Shown here one piece after another: positions 17,822-27,569 of a stretch of DNA of 64,000 bases. The DNA is from Candidatus Multivoradales bacterium (GTDB taxonomy: Bacteria; Acidobacteriota; Thermoanaerobaculia; Multivoradales; JAHEKO01), in the NCBI GenBank assembly GCA_965248055.1, contig CBDFIJ010000004.1:192001-256000 (forward strand). Direction: 5' to 3'. The first letter of the stretch is position 1; every line of letters begins with the position of its first letter. Both the position numbers and the translations under genes were made by a program. Under the pieces are notes generated by a model that was given only the letters and a program-made list of their open reading frames with translations, was not told where the DNA came from and did no database searches.

Positions 17822-19410
17822 CAGATCGACTCCACCCACTTTGGTCGATGTACCTCATCCCCGCCCACAACCAACAACTCGACTTCCAACTGGGCTGGCC
17901 CGACCGGGCGTCGCACGCGGCTAGACACCACCACCTTCTGCTTTGTATCGATCCTCTCTTGGACTTGAATTGGTCGGCGGTAGGCCAACAGATCCCGGTC
18001 TCCCTGCCGGACACCAACGCGCACCTGCACCTGTCCGGCGCCCGATTCCGTCAGCCACGAGGCTCGGCCGGTGTTGGTCAGTTCTACCTGAATCTCACGC
18101 ATTTCTCCCTCCGCCCAGGGCCGGTCGGCACCCCGCACCTCGATCACGCCACTCAACTGATGCGCCGTAATTGAAGTTTGTATCGGCTGGGTGACCGACT
18201 TCGAGACCTTCGCCGGTGTTCGAGAGATCTCGTCACAGGCAGCTACTATTTCTGCCGCAGCATCTTCCAATCGATGTTCCCGCGCCACGTAGTCTCGCGC
18301 GCGCTGCTCCATTTCCCGCACCCTCTCCGGCTGCGCGGCCAGTTCAAGCACCGCTGCCGCTAGCGCCTCGACTTCACCTTCGCCCACCGGCACCTTGACC
18401 CCAACCTCGTCCGGCAACTCGGCAAACTGCGCGTATTCCGAGGTCACCGCCGCTTTGCCGACCGCCAGCACCCTGAGCAAAGAGGCCGAGGTCTCACCGG
18501 CGGACGGGTAACGCAGATTGAGCGCTAGATTGCTGGCCGCGATCGCCGCCTCGAAATCAGCGAAGTCCAAAAAGCCGGTGACGTGTACCCGGCCGGCGAG
18601 ATCCAACTGATGCATTTGTCGTTTCAGATCCAAAGTTGGAGCAACCTCGCCGGCGATCAACAAATGAACTCCTTGCAGTCCAGGTTGGTGCATCGCGCGC
18701 ATCACCTCCAAGGGCCGTTTCATCGGCGTCTGAAAGCCGAACGACCCGAGCAAGAAGGCGTCCTGAGGAATCCCCCACTGGCTGCGGAAAACGGCTCCAC
18801 GATCGGCGTCGACCTCGGCCACCGGCGGAATGCCCATGCGCACGGTAAACACCGAAAGCTCGGGGTTTTCTTCCAGGATCGTCTCCCGCGCCCAATTGCT
18901 ATGCACCAAAATGCCGCGTTGTCGCTGTAGCAAGCGACGGTGCGCGGGCAGAGAAAACTGCGAAGCGTTGCCAAAGGCGCGCCAACGAAAGGGCCGCGCC
19001 GCCAAATCCCCTATCCAGCCATGGTCCTTTGCCAACCGCCGTTGGTACGGGTCGTAGTTGTCCTCACCCAGGGTACGGCCCAGCAGGTAGTGATGCAGTA
19101 CCACGTCGTGCAGAGTCAACACCCCGGGGCGCCGCATCGCCAGCCGCTCGATCTGCTGGTGATATGGGTTGTTGCCCATCTGATACAAAGGCAACCTCTG
19201 TGCAAGCGGCTGCAGTTGCCAGACTTCCGCTGCCAGCGGATGCCAGGCGTCGACCACACTTTCAGACACCGGTTGCTCGGGGAGTCTGACCACGCGAACA
19301 TCAGCTCGCTCAGCGAGAAACGGAAGCAGGTCTAGGCTGTAGTCTGAGATGCCAGAACGGACCGGCGGCAGCGGCGACAGATAATCGATTTTTAGCAATG
19401 GCGCGGTCAC
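17821..19410 (-). CDS. Glycosyltransferase family 4 protein with C-terminal Ig-like domain
   Basis: SPLPPVRSGISDYS, YQMGNNPYH, LHDVVLHH, NLRYPSAGETSAS. Start uncertain (GTG 19410 chosen). Confidence 0.85.
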   Translation of the reverse strand: MTAPLLKIDYLSPLPPVRSGISDYSLDLLPFLAERADVRVVRLPEQPVSESVVDAWHPLAAEVWQLQPLAQRLPLYQMGNNPYHQQIERLAMRRPGVLTLHDVVLHHYLLGRTLGEDNYDPYQRRLAKDHGWIGDLAARPFRWRAFGNASQFSLPAHRRLLQRQRGILVHSNWARETILEENPELSVFTVRMGIPPVAEVDADRGAVFRSQWGIPQDAFLLGSFGFQTPMKRPLEVMRAMHQPGLQGVHLLIAGEVAPTLDLKRQMHQLDLAGRVHVTGFLDFADFEAAIAASNLALNLRYPSAGETSASLLRVLAVGKAAVTSEYAQFAELPDEVGVKVPVGEGEVEALAAAVLELAAQPERVREMEQRARDYVAREHRLEDAAAEIVAACDEISRTPAKVSKSVTQPIQTSITAHQLSGVIEVRGADRPWAEGEMREIQVELTNTGRASWLTESGAGQVQVRVGVRQGDRDLLAYRRPIQVQERIDTKQKVVVSSRVRRPVGPAQLEVELLVVGGDEVHRPKWVESI

Positions 19411-19427
19411 CGGCTCAGGCCCTCGAG

Positions 19428-20529
19428 CTAAGTCCCCGCGCTTGCATTGTTGTCTAGCCAAGCCTCAATGAACGGATCGATCCCACCGTCTAGAACTTTG
19501 TCCGCATCGCCGATTTCAAGATCGGTGCGATGATCCTTGACCATCCGATAGGGGTGCAGCACGTAGGAGCGAATCTGGCTGCCCCAGCCGATTTCCATTT
19601 TCTCGCCCTCATCCTTGGCCCGTTCTTCGGCACGGTTGCGCATCTCCAGGTCGTAGAGACGGGCGCGCAACAGCTTCATCGCAGTCGCCCGGTTCTTGAT
19701 TTGGCTGCGTTCATTTTGACATTGCACGACGATCCCGGAAGGCGCATGGGTGATGCGCACCGCGGATTCAGTCTTGTTGACGTGTTGCCCGCCGGCCCCT
19801 GAAGCGCGGTAGGTATCAATGCGCAAATCACCGTCCTCGATTTCAATGACCACGTCGTCGTCCAGCTCTGGATAGACCGAAACCGAAGCAAAGGAGGTAT
19901 GACGACGAGACTGCGCGTCGAATGGGCTGATGCGCACCAAGCGATGCACGCCGATCTCGGACTGTAGATAACCGTATGCGTACTCTCCCCGTATTGCGAA
20001 GGTCGAACTCTTGATTCCCGCTTCTTCACCGTCCAGGCGATCCAGGATCTCGGTACTGAAGCCACGCGCCTCCGCCCAGCGCAAATACATCCGTTCCAGC
20101 GCTTCTGCCCAGTCCTGAGACTCAGTGCCGCCGGCTCCTGGATGGATATTGACCAACGCTGGAGCCGCGTCGTGTTCCCCGGACAACTTGAGTTCCAGGT
20201 CCAAGACCTGCATCCGACGCTCAAGCCTCTCCACCAGACGCAGCGCCTCGTCGTCCGGTTCGCCCTCGCTGAGCAGTTCCTGCCAGACCCCCAACTCTTC
20301 CTCGCCACCGGCGAGGTCGTCTAGGGTTTGAAGCTTACGCTCCAAACTGCGGCGCTGTCGCAACACCCCAGCACTGGCCTGCGGTTGGTCCCAAAAGTCT
20401 GGCGCTTCAATCTGCTGATCTAAAGCTTGAAGATCCGCCTCCAATTTGGGACGGTCAAAGAAACCCCCTCAAACTCTGGATCTTTTCCACCAAAGCTTCA
20501 ATGCGTTGTGTGGTTTCGACTGCTGACAT
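19428..20529 (-). CDS. prfB: Peptide chain release factor 2, programmed +1 frameshift
   Basis: ATG 20529 gives 24 codons ending AGG GGG TTT CTT TGA C; the +1 frame continues D-R-P-K-L-E-A... with SPF and GGQ motifs. Confidence 0.97.
20454..20469 (-). promoter_or_regulatory. prfB frameshift cassette (internal SD + CTT TGA C)
   Basis: AGGGGG-TTT-CTT-TGA-C on the minus strand. Confidence 0.95.
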
Positions 20530-20651
20530 TGACTCGACCATTCCTCTTTTCTGCCATGACCAGCGGGTCCTCACGTCAACCCGTAACAAGCAAGGCTAGG
20601 ATTAGAAAATCATCTCTAAACCGATTCGGTCAGTTGGCGCGAAACTCCTTG

Positions 20652-22226
20652 CTACTCGCCTGCGGAGAGAACTCCGCGTGGTGACCGCCAACCTGGAACT
20701 ACCATAACAAACCCGAGGCAAGCAGCCGCGAACAACGGCACCAACCAGGGCCAGCGTTGATAGAAGGTTTGATGATCATGAATCGCAACTCGAGCGGTTA
20801 CAGTCCCGGCACTCCCCAGAGCGATCGTCTCCAGGATCTGCCCAGACGGATCAATGATCGCCGAGATTCCAGTCAATGCGGCGCGCACCACCGATCTCCC
20901 GGACTCGGCGGCGCGAAACCGCGAGGCGCGCAACAGTTGGCGCGGCGCTGAGGTATCCCCATACCAAGCGTCATTGGTGAGGTGGACTAAGAGTTCTGCC
21001 CCACTATCAACCAAGTCGCGCGTCTGATTTGAATAGATCGCGTCATAGCAGATCGAAACGCCGAGCTCAGTCGATCGCCATTCGATCGCGTCCGCCTCGG
21101 CCCCCGGAGTGAACTCACTAGCCCCCCGTGCGATCTGCTTGACGAACGGCAGCAGCGTGCGAAAAGGAATGTATTCACCCCAAGGAACCAGGTGAACCTT
21201 GTCGTAGGAACCGATCACCCCACCCTCCCCCACCAACAGCGCTGAGTTGTAGGTTCTCTCGTCGACCGAGCGAGTGGCGTTGATCACCAAGCTACAGCCG
21301 GAGTCGGTTAGACCATCGATATCGTCCCGTAACCTCTGATGCATGCTGTACGAGTAAGGAAAAGCTGCGCTCTCCGGAATCACCACCAGGGTGCCGGGAA
21401 AACAGGCCGCATCGATTAGTTCCAAGGTCTCACGGTACTGTTTTTCGATCTCCCCACGATCCCAATCGGTCAGCAAGGTTTCGTTGGGCTGCACCAGCGC
21501 AATCGCGATCGAACCGGCCGACGGGCCGGGGTTCGCCCAGCGATCCGCCGCTGCCAAAAGCACAGCAACCAACGAGATAGAAACTAAGAGCGGGGCGACG
21601 TTTCTCCGCCGCACGGAAACCACCGCCGCGGTTGGGATCAGGATCACCAGCCAAGAAATACCCGGCGTTCCTAGCCACGAAGCCAGCGGCAGCACACCGG
21701 GTAGATCTACCCAAGCCTGAGCGGCCGGATTCCAAGGGAAGCCGGGAAAGAATTTTCCCTGCAAGATCTCGATCACCACCCAAGCGGCTGGAACCGCGAG
21801 CCAGACCCATGGACCTAGGAAGCACTGCCCCAACAACCGAGACCGCAAAGACCGAGTAACCGCGCCAGACGGAGCCCAGGGACCCAAAGCCGAAGTCACC
21901 TCCGGGGCAAGCATCCGATAGCCAATCCAGCCGAACACACCCTGAAAAAGCGCCAGGTACATCGACAGAAAAAACAGACCCAGCCAACCGACCGAGGTCG
22001 GAAAACCCCCGGCAGTCACCAAGGTCGGAGCGATCCAGTGAATCGACACCGTCCAGAAGCCAACGCCGAATGCCCAGCCGGCCCCGAATCCACCCTTGCG
22101 CAACACCAGGAACAGCGGCAACAGCGCGAACCAAGACATCCAGGCGGCGCCGTAGGTGGAAAAAGCCAGCGCCCAAAGCACCCCGGACAAGGCCGCTACC
22201 GCAAGCCGCGGCAGCACAGTTTTCAT
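20652..22226 (-). CDS. lnt: Apolipoprotein N-acyltransferase
   Basis: GFPWN, VQPN, PESA, YDKVHLVPWGEYIP, ICYDA, TNDAWYG; adjacent to prfB. Confidence 0.93.
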   Translation of the reverse strand: MKTVLPRLAVAALSGVLWALAFSTYGAAWMSWFALLPLFLVLRKGGFGAGWAFGVGFWTVSIHWIAPTLVTAGGFPTSVGWLGLFFLSMYLALFQGVFGWIGYRMLAPEVTSALGPWAPSGAVTRSLRSRLLGQCFLGPWVWLAVPAAWVVIEILQGKFFPGFPWNPAAQAWVDLPGVLPLASWLGTPGISWLVILIPTAAVVSVRRRNVAPLLVSISLVAVLLAAADRWANPGPSAGSIAIALVQPNETLLTDWDRGEIEKQYRETLELIDAACFPGTLVVIPESAAFPYSYSMHQRLRDDIDGLTDSGCSLVINATRSVDERTYNSALLVGEGGVIGSYDKVHLVPWGEYIPFRTLLPFVKQIARGASEFTPGAEADAIEWRSTELGVSICYDAIYSNQTRDLVDSGAELLVHLTNDAWYGDTSAPRQLLRASRFRAAESGRSVVRAALTGISAIIDPSGQILETIALGSAGTVTARVAIHDHQTFYQRWPWLVPLFAAACLGFVMVVPGWRSPRGVLSAGE

Positions 22227-22777
22227 TCGGCGGTGGTGATCAATGCTTGTACGTTGAAACTTGCGTCGACCCGCTTCTTGGCAGACTCAGCAGCGGCGCG
22301 ATCGGCGAACGGACCCAAGCGCAGGCGGAAAAAGAGCTGACCCCCGTTGTCAAACGATTGGATGTAAGCGGTGTAACCGGCATCGGTGAGCCGACCCAGA
22401 AAATCTTCAACGGTCTTCTGATTGGGAGTCGACAAGACCTGGAGCACGATCGAGCCAGAGGGTGGCACGGTGCCGGTGGTGGTGCCAGTGCGAGCGCGGT
22501 CCGAAGGTATCGACTTCGGCTCTGCGTTAGTAGAACCCTTCGCATCCGGTTGACTCGAGTCGTCAAAGAAGTCGAGTTCGGGAACCTCTCCCGGCTCTTC
22601 ACCGGCTACCACCTCCGCCTCAGCAACCTGGGTGGTATCGCCATCCGACTCTTGCTGGCCAACCCAAACTCCGGCAAAGAAAGCCAGTGCGACACAGCTC
22701 AAACCGACGATGAAGGACACCAGAACTTGGCGAGAGGTCAGGGCGATTTCGTAATAACTAACTTCGTCTTCAGACAC
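22223..22777 (-). CDS. SPOR-domain membrane protein
   Basis: One TM helix (FFAGVWVG), acidic linker, C-terminal LQV...FRLRLGPF...A SPOR motif. AAGGAG RBS before GTG 22777. Confidence 0.8.
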   Translation of the reverse strand: MSEDEVSYYEIALTSRQVLVSFIVGLSCVALAFFAGVWVGQQESDGDTTQVAEAEVVAGEEPGEVPELDFFDDSSQPDAKGSTNAEPKSIPSDRARTGTTTGTVPPSGSIVLQVLSTPNQKTVEDFLGRLTDAGYTAYIQSFDNGGQLFFRLRLGPFADRAAAESAKKRVDASFNVQALITTAE

Positions 22778-22805
22778 GGGGACACTCCTTGATTGCGCGA
22801 CAGAC

Positions 22806-23849
22806 TCAATCCGTGCGGCCAGCGCCGTCTTGGACTGGTGAAGTATACGGGAGACGACCAGAACCTTGGCTGCGTCCGGCGCTCGCCGCACCGATCTCGC
22901 CATTCAGCCACGCCAGAGCCTGCGCGTAGACCCCCAACCCCCCGTTCTCGCCCAGATCGAGATCTTTGGGAAAGGCCACATGTCCCCCGGATCGAGCCCA
23001 GCGAACATCCAGCAACGCCGAAGCATCGATATACGGTTCGACGCATCTGGGCGGTACCATCGGATCGCTGACGCTGCCAACATAGAGTGCCGGAATCCGC
23101 AAATCCCCGAGCTGAGGTCCGACACTGGCACGAGCGTAGTAGTCCTCGGCAGAATCGAAACCAAACCGTGGTGCCACGACTTGATCGTCAAACTCACGAA
23201 AATGACGTACCTTGCGTAGGCACTCAACCGGTATCGGCACTTCCCTCTTCTTGGCTACCTCGGCATAGATCTCCAACAGATTGGTGAGCATGTAGCGTCG
23301 ATAGAGCCAGCGCGAAGGCAAATCAATCACCTGACAGCAAGCGGCGAGCTCCAACGGCGCCGAGATCGCCACTACGGCTCGCACCCGCGAATCCAATTGG
23401 GATTCGGTTGCAGCACGCAAGGCGAGGTGGCCACCCAACGAAAATCCGATCACGCTGATGTCTTGAAACGACGCCAACTCCGGGCTAGCTAAGACCGCGT
23501 GTAGGTCGTCGGTTAAGCCGGCGTGAAAATAGTCCTCCCCGGACCGATCCGCGCCGCGCAGGCTAAAACGCAATGTCGAAAAGCCCGCAGCCAAAGCGAA
23601 ATCGACCATTTCCGCCGCGTAGCCCGAGTCAGCAGACCCGCCGAGCCCGTGAATAACCACCACCACCCGTTCTGCACTGGCTTGATCCAACCAACCACTC
23701 AGGCGAACTCGTCCCAGCGCCGGATCTTCGACCGCGCCCCACCACCGAACGGATCGATTGCGAAGTTCCAGACGATTGCGCCGAACTAGGTCTCGTACGG
23801 TCCAAGCATGGCCCAGAATGTTCACAGATCTCGACATTTCCGCATCCAA
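22806..23849 (-). CDS. YheT-like alpha/beta hydrolase
   Basis: IHGLGGS...Y, GFSLGG, FDD...AP.FGF...DYY, DPMV, GGHVAF. Confidence 0.87.
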   Translation of the reverse strand: MDAEMSRSVNILGHAWTVRDLVRRNRLELRNRSVRWWGAVEDPALGRVRLSGWLDQASAERVVVVIHGLGGSADSGYAAEMVDFALAAGFSTLRFSLRGADRSGEDYFHAGLTDDLHAVLASPELASFQDISVIGFSLGGHLALRAATESQLDSRVRAVVAISAPLELAACCQVIDLPSRWLYRRYMLTNLLEIYAEVAKKREVPIPVECLRKVRHFREFDDQVVAPRFGFDSAEDYYARASVGPQLGDLRIPALYVGSVSDPMVPPRCVEPYIDASALLDVRWARSGGHVAFPKDLDLGENGGLGVYAQALAWLNGEIGAASAGRSQGSGRLPYTSPVQDGAGRTD

Positions 23850-23929
23850 CCTTATGATAGCGACAGTTATTGTGACCCAAAACGGTCGCCACGCTGCTGT
23901 CTCGACCTGCTCGCAAGGAGAACTCGAAT

Positions 23930-24298
23930 ATGAATCAAGCGCAAACCAAACAACTTAGCCTAGCTTTGCAATTGGTCGGAGTGATTTTCATTGTCGGCAT
24001 CTACCTGATGATGCGGTTCATGACTTCGGCATGGAGTTGGGAACCCCGCCAACCGGAGTACGAACAAATGATCATGGGCCTCTACGTGGTCCTGGGGATC
24101 TTTCTACTCAAGGCCTCCAAAGACCCCGTTCAACACATGAGTTTGATCTGGTTTACCGTTTGGTCGAGTGCGGTACACGCCGCGATCATGTTGGTGCAAG
24201 CGCTGCGTGATCCAGCCGAAACCGCCAACCTGTACGGTGATGTTCCTGCTCTGTTCGTGGTCGCTGGGTTGCTTGGTTTCTTAGCCAGCCGCAAGTAG
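23930..24298 (+). CDS. Small membrane protein (DUF6632-like)
   Basis: Four hydrophobic segments; YEQMIMGLY..LGIFL, SLIWFTVWSS.VHA.IM, GDVPALF. AAGGAG RBS. Confidence 0.7.
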   Translation: MNQAQTKQLSLALQLVGVIFIVGIYLMMRFMTSAWSWEPRQPEYEQMIMGLYVVLGIFLLKASKDPVQHMSLIWFTVWSSAVHAAIMLVQALRDPAETANLYGDVPALFVVAGLLGFLASRK

Positions 24299-24347
24299 AC
24301 CGAACGCATTCTGCAGTGGGCAACCTGGTTGCCGGTAAAGTACTCCT

Positions 24348-24833
24348 GTGCCAACAGAAGAATATGTGCTGAGCTTCCCGGTACAGTGGGCCGACTTGGA
24401 TCCCAATGGCCACCTGAGGCATTCTGCCTACAACGACGATTACGCCACCCACGTTCGCTTTAGTTATCTGCAAGAATGTGGCTTTGGCCCAGACCAGTTC
24501 GCCAAAGTCGGCATCGGTCCGGTAATTCTGCGAGAAGAAACTCGATTCCTCGCCGAGATCAGAATGGGAGCCACCATTCGCATCGACTTTCAACTGCGAT
24601 CGGCGTCGGCAGATTTTCGTCGCTTCAGCCTATTTCACGGTGTTTTTGGAGAAACCAGTGTCTCTAGAGAAATCAGCGTCACCCAGGAACCGGGCAATCC
24701 GGCGGCGACAGTAATCGTGGATGGAGGCTGGCTGGATCTAACAACGCGCAAACTGGTAGCGCCGCCGTCGGAACTGGCTCAGACTATGCGTCGACTGCCC
24801 CGCACCAAGGATTACGCGCTGATCGAGGGTTGA
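24348..24833 (+). CDS. Acyl-CoA thioesterase (4HBT/hotdog fold)
   Basis: WADLDPNGHL...Y, GPVILREETRFL.EI. Confidence 0.87.
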   Translation: MPTEEYVLSFPVQWADLDPNGHLRHSAYNDDYATHVRFSYLQECGFGPDQFAKVGIGPVILREETRFLAEIRMGATIRIDFQLRSASADFRRFSLFHGVFGETSVSREISVTQEPGNPAATVIVDGGWLDLTTRKLVAPPSELAQTMRRLPRTKDYALIEG

Positions 24834-24956
24834 ATTATCAGTGCGTTGATCGGCCACAGGCCCGTCGGCGTGTGCTAAATTCCCGCCGTCCGCGCAAAGG
24901 CGATTTCAAGGCAAATCGATCGCCTCTTCCTCCTAACCATAAGATTCTGAGCAACG

Positions 24957-25934
24957 ATGATCTACGAAAATCTCCTCGAAACAATGGGCAATACGCCACT
25001 GGTCAAACTCGGGCGCTTCTGCCCGGGTGAGGTCACAGTCGCCGCCAAGATCGAGTCCTTCAACCCCGGCAACAGCGTCAAAGACCGTATCGGCATTGCC
25101 ATGATCGAGGCCGGCGAGAAGGCTGGCGACCTCAAACCGGGTGGCACCATCGTCGAACCGACCTCCGGCAACACCGGGCTCGGTTTGGCGCTGGTGGCGA
25201 ATCTCCGCGGCTATAAGCTAATTTGCACCGCTGCCGAAAAAATCCCCGCGGAGAAGGTCGCCCTGTTGGAAGCCTACGGAGCCACCGTCATCACCTGTCC
25301 GACAGATGTCGACGCCGAAGACCCACGGTCCTATTACAAGGTTGCCGAGCGCTTCCGCGATGAAGAAGGGGCCTTTCTTCCCTATCAGTACTACAACCAG
25401 GCCAATCCAACCGCTCACTACGACACCACCGGACCCGAGATCTGGGAACAAACCGAAGGGCGCATTACCCACTGGGTGGCCGGAGTGGGCACCGGGGGCA
25501 CCATCAGTGGCACCGCCAAGTACCTCAAGGAGCAGAACCCGGACATTGAAGTGGTTGGTGTCGACCCGATCGGCAGCGTCTACAAATACTTCAAAGAGCA
25601 CGGGGACCTGCCCGCGACAGACCAGATTCACCAGTATTTGATCGATGGCATCGGCGAGGACCTGATGCCGGCGAGCGTGTGGATGGATCAAATCGATCGC
25701 ATTATCAAGGTCGACGACAAGACCGCCTACGACGCGGTGTTCGAGCTGGCCAAGAAAGAAGCGATCTTCACCGGCTCCTCCGGTGGCGCTGCGGTGGTCG
25801 GAGCTTGCCGAGTCGCCAAAGAAGCCACGCCCGGCTCGCTGGTGGTCACCTTGCTCCCCGACTCCGGTGAGCGCTATCTGTCCAAACTCAACAAGACTTG
25901 GCTGCGCGAGAACGGCCTCCTCGACGAAGCCTAA
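24957..25934 (+). CDS. PLP-dependent cysteine synthase / cystathionine beta-synthase family protein
   Basis: GNTPLV, NPGNSVKDR, EPTSGNTG, GVGTGGT, PDSGERYLS; no C-terminal CBS-domain pair. Confidence 0.92.
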   Translation: MIYENLLETMGNTPLVKLGRFCPGEVTVAAKIESFNPGNSVKDRIGIAMIEAGEKAGDLKPGGTIVEPTSGNTGLGLALVANLRGYKLICTAAEKIPAEKVALLEAYGATVITCPTDVDAEDPRSYYKVAERFRDEEGAFLPYQYYNQANPTAHYDTTGPEIWEQTEGRITHWVAGVGTGGTISGTAKYLKEQNPDIEVVGVDPIGSVYKYFKEHGDLPATDQIHQYLIDGIGEDLMPASVWMDQIDRIIKVDDKTAYDAVFELAKKEAIFTGSSGGAAVVGACRVAKEATPGSLVVTLLPDSGERYLSKLNKTWLRENGLLDEA

Positions 25935-25982
25935 AAGGCCTGCGCTCCCCCGCGATTCTGCGGCTCTTCGGCTGCGGAAAAG

Positions 25983-27470
25983 CTAAACCGCGTCGCTAGC
26001 GGCCCAGAACGGCTTCCATTTCTCGTCCGCTGACTTCGGGGTTAGAAAACTGCCGACAACCAAGGTCAAGATGGAGAGAAACCCTGCTGGGTAGATGATG
26101 TAGTCATAGTCCAACGGCATCCTGAATAGGCCCAGATTCATATGCTCGACCCCGGAGTTGGCCAGCAGCGCGAAGACCACCGTTGCGACCACTCCAACAG
26201 CAACCGAAGCAGTACCCGCCAACGGTGTGACGCGCCGCCACAAAAATGCCGCCAACAACGCCGGGGTTACCGCCGCCCCAACCATGGTGTAAGCGTAGAG
26301 CGCCATATCCAAGATGTTCTCGAACTGCGTCGTCAGCACCAAGGCGACCAAAGCCAGGATGACGATCATCAACCTTTGCACCAAGATCACCTTCTTCTCG
26401 CTGGCATCGGGTTCAATGAACCGTTGGTAGATGTCGCGGGTCAAATTGGTTGAAGGAACCATGAGAAAGGTGTTTGCAGTAGAGAAAATAATCGCCGCAG
26501 CGCCGATCAAGAGCAAAACACCGGCAAATACCGGCAGGTGATTGGCACCCAGTTCAAGAATTACGGTTTCAGTCGCCGCGCGATCAAGCGAACCATCTGC
26601 AGCGCGAAATGCCGCGTTGTCCCACAGCGCTCCGGCGCCGAAAATGGCCACCGAATCCAAGATCACTTCGATCACAATCACGCCGACAATCATGCCAATC
26701 ACTGCGGTACGCGCGTGCCATTCGTTTTTCGCCGACATGAATTTCTGATACATGCCGCTCTCACCGAGCAGCAAGAAGAAAGTCGGCAAGAAAAGCCCAA
26801 GGGCTGCGGCGATACCGGTCGAACCAGTGACCGTAAAGTGCGTCGCGGGCAGCGTCTCGGTCAAACCGCTCCAACCTCCGGCAGCTTTCAACGCCAGAGG
26901 AGCGGCGATTAATATCCCGAGGAGAATCATGGTTCCGTTGATCACGTCGAGCGCGACAATCGAAGTCATGCCAGCCAGCACCGTATAGAGGATCACCAAA
27001 CCACAAACGATTCCAATGCCGACTTTTGGATCGATCCCGGTGAGAATATTGAGTAGCTTGCCGCCACCGATAAACTGGTACCCAGCGATCGTCAGGTAGG
27101 CGATGATGATGGCAATCGTCCCCAGCACTCGTGCCGCCGGGGTATAGCGCATCTCCAGAATGTCCGGCACCGTGTACTTGGCGATGCGGCGAACTTTGGG
27201 CGCCAGAAAATAGACGATCGCGATGCCCACCCAGGCACCGGCACTCATCCATAGCGCTGAGAAGCCGCCTCGAAAGGCACGACCGGCCCCGCCAAACAGA
27301 CTGCCGGAGCCGATCCAACTGCAGACCAACGTGCCGACTAAGAACGCCCAGGTGACGCCACGGCCGGCGACCATGAAATCGTCCTGGGTCTTGACCTGCC
27401 GGCTCTTGTAGACGCTGATAGCGATCATCACCGCCAGATAAATTGCAATTGCCCAAAGATAAATATTCAT
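25983..27470 (-). CDS. Sodium:solute symporter family protein
   Basis: DDFMVAGR, SWIGSGS, YTVPDILEMRY, about 13 TM segments. Confidence 0.9.
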   Translation of the reverse strand: MNIYLWAIAIYLAVMIAISVYKSRQVKTQDDFMVAGRGVTWAFLVGTLVCSWIGSGSLFGGAGRAFRGGFSALWMSAGAWVGIAIVYFLAPKVRRIAKYTVPDILEMRYTPAARVLGTIAIIIAYLTIAGYQFIGGGKLLNILTGIDPKVGIGIVCGLVILYTVLAGMTSIVALDVINGTMILLGILIAAPLALKAAGGWSGLTETLPATHFTVTGSTGIAAALGLFLPTFFLLLGESGMYQKFMSAKNEWHARTAVIGMIVGVIVIEVILDSVAIFGAGALWDNAAFRAADGSLDRAATETVILELGANHLPVFAGVLLLIGAAAIIFSTANTFLMVPSTNLTRDIYQRFIEPDASEKKVILVQRLMIVILALVALVLTTQFENILDMALYAYTMVGAAVTPALLAAFLWRRVTPLAGTASVAVGVVATVVFALLANSGVEHMNLGLFRMPLDYDYIIYPAGFLSILTLVVGSFLTPKSADEKWKPFWAASDAV

Positions 27471-27569
27471 CCGGTCATCTCCTCAAAGTCGGCTGAGAAT
27501 ACGTGCTCTACGGAAAACCAGCAAACTAACCACTTAGTCATCGCTGCGCTGCAGCTAACGTCCTTGCCC

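Noticed and set aside
24834-24956. SAM or other riboswitch upstream of the CBS/CysK gene
   Set aside because: Only a simple AGGCGAT/ATCGCCT stem is present; no SAM-I/II consensus recognised.
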